Assembly: GCF_006345805.1 (NCBI RefSeq)
Contig: NW_021827570.1
Location: 1 to 27,982, forward strand
Length of the DNA stretch: 27,982 nt
Direction of reading: 5' to 3'
From: Octopus sinensis
Taxonomy: Eukaryota
Notes under the pieces: model-generated
Databases searched by the model: none
What the model saw: the letters and a program-made list of their open reading frames with translations, nothing else
What the model was told of the DNA's origin: nothing
Program-made: the position numbers and the translations under genes
Shown: piece by piece, positions 9,796-21,714 of the stretch
Layout of the letters: each line of letters opens with the position of its first letter
Numbering within the stretch: position 1 is the first letter of the stretch

Positions 9796-10423
9796 AGGTG
9801 GCGGCAAAACAATCCACTCTCATAAACAATTGCCTATTTAACAAACCATTGAACACAACCAAACAATGGAGCCGAATGCCAACCTCTGCGAATTCCATTC
9901 TCACTTTTCATGGATTTCCTGTTACTTTATAGCGTTTCTTCGCTCTGTTATTCCTTGGATTCGTTCATTGTATTTATTGCTGCTAATAACTTGTCACATA
10001 AGCCATTCCTGGTCTTGAAATATTCCAGTGTTTACCTTTCACCTTTTCCCAACAAAGCAGCTGCTATTTAGCCCCCTCTGCCGGCTTAAATAGCTGACAC
10101 ACATAGCCCCTCCCCCCGCCAACGCTGATATAAGGGAATCAATCGATTGCAGATCTTTCGATATATTAAGTGGGTTGTGTTTCTTACATCAACTCACGCA
10201 TGACTTGATACACCCGACAAGAATCCGGCTTCCCATGTTGTAATAAATTGACAGAAACGCTGTATATTAGTAATTCGGATTATCCTAATCCTCGGTCTAA
10301 AGAATTATTAACAGGAAATGGCTTACATGTTTTTTCTACGTGTATACCGATACTTCCTATTAGCAATGAAACATGTAATGCAGTGTAAATAATAACAAAA
10401 CGTTTTCCAGTCTTCTGTTATGT

Positions 10424-11189
10424 AGCACACACACACGCACACATGCACATTTACGCACACACACACATGCGCACGCACACACACAAGCACACACACGCAC
10501 GCACAGACACACAAACACACACACGCACACATGCGCACGCACACACACAAGCACACACACGCACGCACAGGCACACAAACACACATACAAACACATGCAC
10601 ATTTACACACGCACACACACACGCACTCACACACTCACACACACACGCACACGCAGACACACACACGCACACACACACACAAAATGTGTGTATCTCGTCT
10701 ATTGCTTGATCAGTGTAGTTATTTCGTGCCTCTTGTCTAGTTTTGAACTCATCACCTCTGTTCTCCAATGCATCTAATATAATAATATGGCGGTCTACAA
10801 CAAGAACAACAAGAACAAGAAAAAGAAGAAGAAGAACAACAACAACCGCACTAGTGTCTGATAATTTAGCCTGGTCTTAATTAAATTGTAATTAGTTTGG
10901 CCCGTAAGCTGAAGACAAAACTTAATTATTTTTAATGCTGTTACGAAAATAACATTGTAGTGACAACCATGTCTAGCGCACAAGAGACGGCTGTATGTGT
11001 ATATATACATATATATATAATTCATATACATACATACACATACATACATACACACACACAGACACACACACACACACACGCACACACATATATATATATA
11101 TATACAGGTAGATAGATATGGATATAGACAGGTAGATTGTACGTATATAGATATATTTAGTGAATTAGAGATTGTAGTGGTGGTTGTGT

Positions 11190-11221
<32 letters not shown>

Positions 11222-11390
11222 ATTGCAGCGGAAGTATAAATTGTAGTTGTGGTAGTGGTGGTGGTTGCAATGGTAATGATAATCGTAGAAGTGGAAATAG
11301 CAGCAACTGTGGTAGTTGTGGTAGCAGTAGCCATACTATTAGTATTGGTAGTAGTAGTTGTTGTAGTGGTGGTAGTAGTCGTAGTAGTGA
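10424..11390. repeat. Compound microsatellites: (CA/CGCA)n, (CAA/GAA)n, (TA/CA)n, (GTA/GTG)n
   Basis: Visible directly. Confidence 0.95.
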
Positions 11391-11441
11391 AAATGTCTAA
11401 TATCTTCAATATTACGATTTCATCCCCCCCTTCTACACGCC

Positions 11442-11488
11442 TCAAGGTCAAGAAAAGGTGAAATAATGACCTCAGGTCAAAGAGGTGA
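11442..11488. promoter_or_regulatory. Cluster of nuclear-receptor half-sites (candidate composite response element)
   Basis: TCAAGGTCA (11442-50), AGGTGA (11456-61), TGACCT (11467-72), AGGTCA (11474-79) and AGGTGA (11483-88). Confidence 0.4.
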
Positions 11489-11734
11489 AGGAATAATTGG
11501 ATTTTTACAAACGTAATTGCACCTCAAACTCCAGAACCTACAAAGAAACAATTATATGTAAATATAACGTTATATCTGTATATATTTAGTCCCACGGGGA
11601 ACTTTTTGGCAGCTTGTGTTAAGTATTGAACCTAACGCTTTCACTGTTTCATAACAACTCATCAAGATGCACTCATCCCTTCTTCCCAAGATATCGAGAG
11701 AAAGTAGTGGCAGTCCACTTATCTAAATGTAAAT

Positions 11735-13130
<1,396 letters not shown>

Positions 13131-14394
13131 CATTAGCCTGAACATACACACTTCTCACTTTATCCCAGGTTATTTGTGAGATATGGGGTGGGGTGGGGGT
13201 TTCAAAGTTTAGCTCAATGTTTACATCACAACAACAACAACAGCACCATCGATAAATAAAAGAAATATGAAATATAAATAAATGTGTGTCTATATATGTA
13301 TACATACATAAACATACATTACGCATGTATATATATGTGTGTGCGTGTGTGTTTGTGTTATGTCTGTGTATAAACCATAGAGGAAAAAATGCGAATGGGT
13401 TAGTTTCGAGCTAAATATTTATACTTGTATATATTTTTGCTTCAATAAAACAAGTTTATTTTTTTAACATACGGGGTAACTACTTGTTTTTCCGTACAAT
13501 TATATTTATAAAAGTAAAAAATATTTTCACGTCATAAATGTTTTCATAGAATAGCTTTATTGTTAAAATGGCTGCGGACGTTTTCTCAAAAAGTGTTTTA
13601 CATGAACAAGGAGAAAGAAAAGCAAAGAAAAAGAAACGGAGGGTGAGGAAAGGTCACGTGTTACTTGAAAGTTTTTCTATGGAAAAAGTTTCAGTGAATA
13701 AATTTTAGTGTTTGCTGTAGCCAAAACACACACACACACACACACACACCACACACACACATGTATATATGTGTGATATACGATGAAAACGCTATATTAA
13801 TTTTTGTCAAATCTGTCTATCTGTAACATGACCCCCAGTTTTGCTTGCAACTACATCCTTTCTCTCATTCTCTTCCTGTGAGTGTGTTTGTGTATGTATG
13901 TATACATGGATTTTTGTATGTGTGTGTATGCGTATATGTATGCGTAGATTTATGTGTGAGTGCGTGTATTTATGTATACACATATATTTCTCAACGCAAT
14001 GTTTGAAGATACTAAGCTTCCACATACAAAAATGATAAAAAAATTCCTTTTGAATTAAATTTATTACAAAATTGAAAGAAAATAATGAATCTTGAATCTT
14101 TAACTTTCTCTTAAGAAAACCCACGAATAAACATTCGTTTTCGTGTGTTTAATTCGAAGCTGCTTTCTTCACAATAAGAAATGCTTGTATTTTACCGAAA
14201 ATAAAGGAAATCTCGAATGTTGGATAGTTGTGGAAAGAGCTTAGCAGATGAGGTAAATAGACTTAGAAGAGGGGAAAAAGGGGCCAAAGATCTGCTATAC
14301 AGAATCGAAGCTCGTACTTCATAAATTCCGGGTGAGCGCTCTATGCCATTAAACTTAGCGACTCCCATGTGTGTGTGTGTGTGTGTGTCATTAT

Positions 14395-14490
14395 TCAGTT
14401 TATTTCAAGATTTCTTGTCAATAGAGAAGGAACCGGTTTCTAACATAGATCGCAGACTCCTTCATTGGAATTTCAACACCAACAACAGGG
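14395..14490 (-). mobile_element. Short interspersed fragment, possibly Penelope-related
   Basis: ATTTCTTG...AACCGGTT.CTAA resembles 6515-6565 within the PLE remnant. Short and weak. Confidence 0.25.
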
Positions 14491-15174
14491 TATGTATGTA
14501 TGTATGTATGTATCTCTCCCCCTCTCTCTCTCTATTTATCTATCTATCTATACCTCGATCTCTCACCCTGCTAATGCTTTCACACATGATAGAGTGGAGA
14601 TGGAGATCCATCAAAAGCAAAGACCATCGGTTGTCAAAATCAATTCCATTTGCCAGGGAGATCTCAACTACATCCTAATTAGGAAAGTATTAAATTCCCT
14701 AAACCTATTGCATGCATGGGTATTGTTTGCCGGTCAAAATGCTCTGCCTATTATTTGTTGTATATAATGTTGAAAATAGAAATAAAAACAGTTAAAAATT
14801 ATCAGGTATTTTGTTCTATTAAATGTTTCCTTTATTTCAATGTTGCTTTACCTTTTTTCTTTCTTAAATATACATTCCTATATTACAATAAAACAAAGTA
14901 TTTTTTATCCGGCCAATAAAACTACGGTTCATGCAAGAATTATGAACAACCTTATGTCTGCGCGTGTCTATTTGAGCACATTTAGTTGTGTAGATCAAGT
15001 AATGGCGGCCAGGTTCACAATGGACTCCTTTATTCCACAGTTTCTTCATTTAACAAAGAGATATCATTTTACCATAAAGGTTTATAAAACAGAACGTGTT
15101 TATATTAAGTTTATTTTCTTCTAAATAATCATTAAAAAATCGTTTATATACTCGACAAGTCTCATATACATATA

Positions 15175-15301
15175 CAGGGTATCTACAAAGTCTGGGTACA
15201 TGGAGTAAATAAAATCATAACATAAAGAGTTAAATATAAGAAATAATAATTTCCTAAAGTATGTGTTAATTCCCATGTACCCAGACTTTGTGGACACCCT
15301 G
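15175..15301. mobile_element. 127-bp Tc1/mariner-type MITE
   Basis: 29-bp TIRs, CAGGGTATCTACAAAGTCTGGGTACATGG versus CAGGGTGTCCACAAAGTCTGGGTACATGG (2 mismatches), with TA on both sides (15173-74, 15302-03) and an AT-rich non-coding interior. Confidence 0.9.
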
Positions 15302-15399
15302 TATAATATACATACATAAATACATACATATTTATGTATGAATACACATATGTGTGTATGTATGTATGCGTTTATATGTTTGTGCATGTATATGTCAGA

Positions 15400-15565
15400 C
15401 GCATGCATGGCAGTGTGGTAAGAAGCTTGCTTCATAACCACATAGTTCTGGGTTCAATCCCACTGCATGGCACCTTGGGTAAGTGTCTTCTGCTATAGTC
15501 TCAGGCCGACCAAAGCCTTGTGAGCGGATTTGGTAGACGGAAAACTGAAAGACGTTCGTCGTGTG
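15400..15565 (+). mobile_element. CORE-like tRNA-derived SINE (octopus OR-type)
   Basis: Has the head GTGTGGTAAGAAGCTTGC...GGGTTCAATCCCAC, then GGCACCTTGGGTAAGTGTCTT (similar to the MIR/CORE GTGACCTTGGGCAAGT motif). Related copies lie at 18732-18855 and 8392-8535. Confidence 0.8.
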
Positions 15566-15609
15566 TTTATATTTACTGAACACAAAGGCGAACCGAAAAC
15601 ACAGAACAC

Positions 15610-15771
15610 CACCAACTCTGCATCATTATCAGAAGGTCACCAACTCTGCATCATTATCAGAAGGTCACCAACTCTGCATCATTATCAGAAGGTCACCAAC
15701 TCTGCATCATTATCAGAAGGTCACCAACTCTGCATCATTATCAGAAGGTCACCAACTCTGCATCATTATCA
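15610..15771. repeat. Perfect 28-bp minisatellite, about 5.8 copies
   Basis: The unit CACCAACTCTGCATCATTATCAGAAGGT starts at 15610, 15638, 15666, 15694, 15722 and 15750 (partial), with no spacers. Confidence 0.97.
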
Positions 15772-15895
15772 ACTCAAACGCAATTTTCTGTTCGCTTGTG
15801 TTTTTAGTAACATGTTCGTTTGCTTATTTACTACAAGCTTTTTTTTAAAATCATACATGAATGGTTGTGTGGTAAATGGCTTTCTTACCTGTCAC

Positions 15896-16052
15896 TCAAA
15901 TTCCGCCGAGGTCGACTTTGCCTTTCATCCTTTCGGGGCCGAAAAATTAAGTAGCAGTTACGCACTTGGGGTCGATATGATCGACTTAATCCGTCTGTCT
16001 GTCCTTGTTTTTCTCCTCTGTGTTTAGCCCCTTGTGGGTAATAAAGAAATAA
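15896..16052 (+). mobile_element. 5'-truncated type-I SINE with 24-bp target-site duplication
   Basis: Starts inside the B-box (TCAAATTCCGCCGAGGTCGAC). Flanks are GTAAATGGCTTTCTTACCTGTCAC (15872-15895) and GTAAATAGCTTTCTTACCTGTCAC (16053-16076). Confidence 0.9.
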
Positions 16053-16289
16053 GTAAATAGCTTTCTTACCTGTCACGTGGTTAGACGTGTTTTTCGGCGG
16101 TGAGTCAAACGTTTTGTTGAACGTTGGATAATTTTTCTGTTGGAATTGTTGTTTATTGTTGAACATTTTCGAACTTTGAAACTTTGAAAATTTTGTGCTT
16201 TTTTTTCCCCCGGTGACGGGAGAAAGAAATTGTTTGTATAAAGCCGTTTTTGCAGTTGTGAATTGTTGAAATATTGAACTTGTTAAAGC

Positions 16290-16700
16290 CGTTGTAGACT
16301 TTGTTGTCGTGTCCTCCACCCTCAGCGGGGTTGGGACTTGAACTGTTATCCTCATTAAGAGGAAAAAAAATATTATAGGTTTCCCGATTTTTAGGATAAT
16401 CTATTATTCTATGAAAAATTTAATTTTAGCCGTTGTAGGCTCTATTGTAGCACCTGCCCCTAGCGGGGGTGAGATTTGAACTGTTGTCCTCGCTGTGAGA
16501 AAAAAACAAAAAAAATAATATAGGTTTCCCGTTTTTTGAGACACCGTATTTTTATTATTGTGTGAAAAATTTAATTTCAAACGTTGTAGGCTTTGTTGTT
16601 ACGTCTCGCTCCCCAGCGGGGGTGGGATTTGAACTGTTGTCCTCGTTGAGAGGAAAAAAAGTAAAAAAATTATAGGTTTCCCATTTTCTGGGATTAAAAT
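16290..16700 (+). repeat. Three diverged tandem monomers of ~141-151 bp
   Basis: Units start at CGTTGTAG (16290, 16431, 16582). Each carries AGCGGGG...GA(C/T)TTGAACTGTT.TCCTC...A-run...TATAGGTTTCCC. Confidence 0.85.
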
Positions 16701-16784
16701 TTGTTTCGAACGAATATGTCGGTGGAAATAATTTCAGAGAAAAATTCACTGGAAGAGCCAGTTAAATTTTCAGCAGTTACCGCG

Positions 16785-17285
16785 GTGGCTACTGAAAACG
16801 TCGAACTACCAAAGGAAAAGCTCTCCGATCTTTTTGAAAAAAATGAAAGAAGAGGGTGGTGGGGGGTGATATAAGAATATTACCCTCACCTAGTGTTGGA
16901 AAATTGAAAAGAAGGACAGTTGTTTTCAAAACGAAAAAGGAAGCACCACACCACAAAAAAAGAAGCGAACCCGTCTCATTGTCCCGCAAGGAAAAAAAAA
17001 AAGGAAAAAACGAAAGATAAGGAACAGAAAACCCTGGTAAAATATGACACCAGAGACAAATACATTGAGGACATTGTAAAAGATCACCACCCCACCACGC
17101 TGTTTGAAGAGTACAAGGACTTAAGAGAAAGATGTGCCTGGATAGGGGAAGGGCTTTACGGGCAACTGAAGGACAGGCATCCAAAGACCATCAGGAGTAT
17201 CCCGGACCTTCCAGGATATTTGAAGAAGGAGGAGGAGGAAAAGGCTGCCTCATGTGTTGTGAGGTCAGCCCAACATCACCAGTGA
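16785..17285 (+). pseudogene. Short, basic ORF1-like frame of the same L1/Tx1-type element
   Basis: ORF 16920-17285 stops about 35 bp before the endonuclease start, in ORF1-ORF2 geometry. The upstream part (VATENVELPKEKLSDL...) is broken by frameshifts in homopolymer runs. No recognisable domain. Confidence 0.5.
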
Positions 17286-17319
17286 AGGGTAAGTAGAGCC
17301 CGTGTATTTTTTCCTTGTT

Positions 17320-17680
17320 TTGGCTACACCTAATCTTGGATGTTTGAATGTGAGTGGTCTGAGCTCGAAGTGGAAGCAAGCTTGTTTCCTCGACGACCTC
17401 AGATCACACGATATGCATGTGATGGTTGCTACAGAGACCAAGCTGGACAGTCTACAAGCCTTCTCGCCCCCTTCTGAATGACTATGAGAAAATCATGTCT
17501 CCTAGCCAAACCGGAGGGAGAGGGGGTGTAGTAGTACTGGTCCGGAAAGGATTGGCTCTGCGGACAAGTCAGTCTATGTAGACCCTGAAGGTGGGCTGGT
17601 CGTCCTTGATGTGACATACAGCAGTAAGGCCTTCAGGTTGATCGGAATCTATGCACCTTGTGCTAGAGGAATTCAAACTT
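17320..17680 (+). pseudogene. N-terminus of an L1/Tx1-type ORF2 APE endonuclease, frameshifted and truncated
   Basis: Reads LATPNLGCLNVSGLSSKWKQACFLDDLRSHDMHVMVATETKL...GGRGGVVVLVRKGL, then after a frameshift VYVDPEGGLVVLDVTYSSKAFRLIGIYAP. The LNVxGL, xETK, GGV, DPEG and IYAP motifs are those of APE-like LINE endonucleases. Confidence 0.85.
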
Positions 17681-17829
17681 TTAGATTGATAACTCTCCCA
17701 CTCTCCATCTTTCACCTATATATTTACCATACTCTTTGACACTCACCCTCTTTATATATGTATTAGCTCTCACGCTCTGCTTCCCTTTTCTTTAAAACCA
17801 CTTCTTTATATTTACTTTCATTTTATGAT

Positions 17830-18700
17830 AACTTATGACGTCCAAATCTTGTTTTTTGAACGGATAAAAATGATCAAACTATAAACTTCTCTAACATTTT
17901 TCTACAATTTTTCTGGAAGAAATGAATCTAAAACTTGGATCCAGCGTGAAAAAGTACATCAATATTCAAAATTTCAAAATTTCAAAATCTGTGACAGCAA
18001 CAAAAAAGAGCTCTCGGATCATTTCACTTTGACCGGCAGATTTAAAAAATAATTTCTTTGTAACTAAACACTTTTAAACTTCGTATACCGGTAGAATGTG
18101 TCACATAAAACATCTTTTTTTCTTGGCGTTCTTGAGAAAATTTTGTAGTTTGTAAGCTATTTGTAGTTAAATTTCTTACATTTCGGCAATTTCAACCAAT
18201 CAATGACGTCTATTGAGGTGAATACAATTACTGCTGTTGTTTGCCAACAAGTTCAACAACAACTTCCGGCGGTGTCTGGGTGGGTGGGTGTCTTGTGTTT
18301 ACAAGAAAGAAACAAGGAAAAGGGGACAAGGTTTGGAAGTTGACATTTGTTAGTGTAGAGTGATGTATAAATACATTTTAATATATGAATAACTTAATGA
18401 ATAAAGGGTATTAATGATGAGAAGCGATAATTAATAAATGGATGAAACAGTATTACAAATAACATTTCATGCATCCAACATAATATGAATTGAATTTAAT
18501 GACAAAGAAACCGGTAGTGTATGAAGTAGTCGTGGGATGTGCTAGAAGCAACAGTTAACCATCCCTTAAATCCTCTTTTCGCCTCAAAATTAGTTTCAAG
18601 TTATAAACAGAGACAAATTGCAGATTCGGATTGTCCTTATTTTAAAACTATGGCTAAAAATTTTAATTTGAAAAAAAAAAAAAGCCGAAATTTCAGGATT
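17830..18700. mobile_element. AT-rich non-coding interspersed repeat, probably a non-autonomous DNA element
   Basis: Lies just downstream of the truncated L1/Tx1 endonuclease and has no ORF. It resembles from memory an abundant Octopus repeat (GTGACAGCAACAAAAAA...CAACCAATCAnTGACGTCTATT). Termini were not resolved. Confidence 0.35.
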
Positions 18701-18731
18701 TATGGAGGGGCGGGGTTAATGAAAGAATTAC

Positions 18732-18855
18732 GTTTCAGTTTCTGTCTGAAATCCACCCACAAGGCTGTGTTCGGCCCGAGCTTATAGCAGAAGACACATG
18801 CCCAAGGTGCCACGTAGTGGGACTGAACCCGGAACCATATGGCCGGGAAGCGCAC
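18732..18855 (-). mobile_element. CORE-like SINE, reverse orientation
   Basis: AAGACACATGCCCAAGGTGCCACGTAGTGGGACTGAACCCGG is the reverse complement of the 15400 family. Confidence 0.8.
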
Positions 18856-18863
18856 ATACATAG

Positions 18864-18899
<36 letters not shown>

Positions 18900-19194
18900 G
18901 TGTGTATATTATATATGTATGTATCTATCCAACCTGAGAGCAACAAGTTGTTCCATTCTCAAGCCAGAGACTTCCGCTGTTATTTACCGGAAGTACCAGA
19001 ATTATCGTCTGGTTCAATCAATTTTATTTTTACCTTACATTTTCATTCAGTCACTTCATCGAGAAATTGAGCTTTTGTTTCCTTTCCTAAATGAATTTAG
19101 TCAACCGCACCATCGAAGTTGGTATATGGAACACATTTCGGGATATATTTAGTTCTTGCCGATAACATCTCCCGACCATTCTCAATTTCTCGCA

Positions 19195-19884
19195 TAAATA
19201 CATACACACATACATACATACATACATACATACATACATACATACATACATACATACACACATATGTATATACATACATACATAAACACATGTATATACA
19301 TACATACATACGTACATACATAATACATAAATACATATGCATATTATACACATTAATGAATACACATATATATATATATATACATATTGTACACATGTAT
19401 ACATACAAATATATACACATACACAAATTTACTATGTTGTATTGCATATATACGTATGTATGTATACGTACAAATATACAAAATATTATCGTATATGCAC
19501 TCATATACATGCAAATATGTATATATATGCGTAAATATATCTATGTCTACATATGTATTGATAGTGTATGAATTAAAAGCCAAGAGTATATATTATGAGC
19601 AATATTCAATGTAAAACAGTTTATTGTTTAAAAATAGCGGCAAAAGAAGGAAACGGCTGGGGGGAAGAGGAAGACGAGTATGGTTTGTTACCCACGAATG
19701 GGTTTCTGTTGTATTTTGATAGTATTTTAGTGTTTGACTATGAGGGGCTTTTTACATGGGGGAATTTATGACTATGTGGGAGTATGTTCTTTTGTGTTTT
19801 GTGTGTGAGTGTGGGCGTATGTGTGTGCATATATATATATATATATATATCATACACGCTATCTATAAGTATGCATACGTATAT

Positions 19885-19970
<86 letters not shown>

Positions 19971-20022
19971 ATATATATTATATATGTGTGTGTGTGTGTG
20001 GTGTGTGTGTGTGTGTGTGTGT
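19195..20022. repeat. Compound microsatellites: (TACA)n, (TA)n, (TG)n
   Basis: Visible directly. Confidence 0.95.
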
Positions 20023-20024
20023 AT

Positions 20025-20251
20025 GGCGAGCTGGCAGAAACGTTAGCGCGCCGGGTGAAATGCTTAGTGGTATTTCGTCTGTCGTTACGTTCTGAGTTCA
20101 AATTCCGCTGAGGTCGACTTTCCCTTTCATTCTTTCGGGGTCGATAAATAAAGTATCAGTTACGCACTGGGGTCGATGTAATCGACTTAATCCGTTTGTC
20201 TGTCTTTGTTTGTCCCCTCTATGTTTAGCTTCTTGTGGGCAGTAAAGAAAT
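20025..20251 (+). mobile_element. Full-length type-I SINE (Meta/MESC-like)
   Basis: Runs GGCGAGCTGGCAGAAACGTTAGC...GTTCAAATTCC...GTCGACTTT...AGTAAAGAAAT and is collinear with 3431-3660. Confidence 0.9.
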
Positions 20252-20520
20252 TTATTATTATTATTATTATTATTCAGTAGTTTTATTTTTATATCGTACT
20301 TTCACTTCAATAGGAAAATAATGTCGAACACCAACTATCACGTGTGAGTTCATTGGGAAGGTCGTTCCACTGCCCTCGTTTGGCTGGCGAAGAGCATCCA
20401 GTGTTTATCTGCCTGGTGTCTATAGCAAAATATGTTGTGTTGTAGACGAGATTGAAAGTGCTGAAGTCAAAAGCTTTCTTCTTTGGTGAAGCTCTCATCA
20501 AATTTTCATGTCTCACTCAG
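20252..20520 (-). mobile_element. Possible LINE 3'-end remnant with (AAT)n tail
   Basis: The minus strand has QWNDLPNELTRDS, like the WNxLPxxV motif at CR1/L2 ORF2 ends, followed by AATAAAACTACTG and (AAT)n. Confidence 0.35.
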
Positions 20521-20989
20521 AAAAAAACAAACAAAAAAAAAACCATAGAGGTTGGAGAAGAAAGTGTTACCTTCCAGTAATTTTGTTGAAATACTAGCGT
20601 GGCTAGTATAATACGAAGGAAAGGGTCTACTCTGCGCATGCGCTTTTTCATTATAAGAGGTTTGAATGACTGACCTAAGCGACCAGGGTGACTGTACTTT
20701 GGTAGGTTTTCACACGTAGCCCTCAGATGTCGCCCACATATTTGGGAAATTTTTCATTTTCACAATTTTGTATTCTTGTAAATTAAGTATACGTGCAAAC
20801 CTCTCTGTTTTTCTGTGACCATTTGAAGAAGGGCAGGAGAATCGTATTACTGTATCCTTAGTACTCCTAAAGACAACAACACAAAGAATGGTTCTGCATC
20901 AATGAATGGGGATTAAGTATTGGCGATGGAAAGGTCAACACAATCTCAGATAAAGAAATGTTTCGAATTATTTACTCGGTTCTTCTAAT

Positions 20990-21510
20990 AGGTCCCTTCA
21001 CTACGAATCAGTGCTGCAGACGTTCGAATTGTTGGAAGGGATTAAGTTCGGACTGGTTCGCATGAAGGCCGTGTCCATATTTGCAGACGATATCATCGTC
21101 TTGGTGTCGTTTGCAACAGAACTGGACGTGGTTCTAGTAGACATTAAATCGGACAAATTGGTGTGACTGCAACTCGGCACCGAGAATGAAAAGTTTTCCC
21201 ACAGCGAATGTCAAGCATCACTGGACGGACAACCCTGTTAAGGTGTTAGGGGTCTTTGTTCAGGTCTGACTGACAGATGATTAGGAAACCGTGAAGAGGT
21301 TGTGGAAAGGGTGGTTATTCTCACCCAGGAATGGGCTTATCCTAAAGTGGCTAATCCTAAAGTGTAAGGCAGAAGTGGAGAATACACACATCATCTCCCA
21401 ACTTTGTTATCGTTCGACCATCGAGTATCGCCCCAGTTTTCATCTGATTTGACGCGAGGAGTGTACTCTTTCCTATTTTGTGGAAGAGACGCGTTTTACT
21501 GGCCAGAAAA
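20990..21510 (+). pseudogene. Degenerate L1/Tx1-clade reverse transcriptase fragment
   Basis: Reads LLEGIKFGLVRMKAVSIFADDIIVLVS (FADD at ~21080-21091)...HWTDNPVKVLGVFV...LILKCKAEVENTHIISQLCYRSTI...GVYSFLFCG. This follows the Tx1-like pattern W..VKILGV / LSLxGRAxVxN...SxLxY, with several stops and frameshifts. Confidence 0.75.
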
Positions 21511-21647
21511 TCCAGCATTATTCACTCCTGAATCTATTTAAACAATTAGAATCACGTGGAGAATAGTTGTAGCCATCAACGAAGTCCATCGTCACTCCAT
21601 TTTCTTTCGTCCGGAAAGAACGGGCAGACAGGCAGTCTCCGGCGGCT

Positions 21648-21714
21648 GGTGGAGATGGTGATGGTGGAGATGGTGGAGGTGGAGATGGTGGAGGTGGAGA
21701 TGGTGGAGGTGGAG
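21648..21714. repeat. 15-bp-period GGA-GAT-GGT-GGA-GGT repeat
   Basis: Visible directly. It encodes GDGGG on the plus strand and SPPPP on the minus strand. Confidence 0.85.

Noticed and set aside
11562-11575. 14-bp palindrome ATATAACGTTATAT
   Set aside because: AT-rich palindromes of this size are not rare in TA-rich sequence.
15610-15771. CRISPR-like array from the 28-bp repeat
   Set aside because: The units are contiguous with no spacers, the context is eukaryotic and there are no cas genes.
16920-17285. ORF as a stand-alone host gene
   Set aside because: Its position directly before a LINE endonuclease and its frameshifted 5' part favour a retrotransposon ORF1.
20633-20643. NRF1-like TGCGCATGCGC motif
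   Set aside because: An isolated motif with no supporting promoter context, in a repeat-rich region.
17320-21510. Joining the L1/Tx1 endonuclease and RT fragments into one interrupted element
   Set aside because: They share strand and clade, but the intervening ORF2 sequence is absent and the RT piece is far more decayed. They are treated as separate unless a consensus links them.
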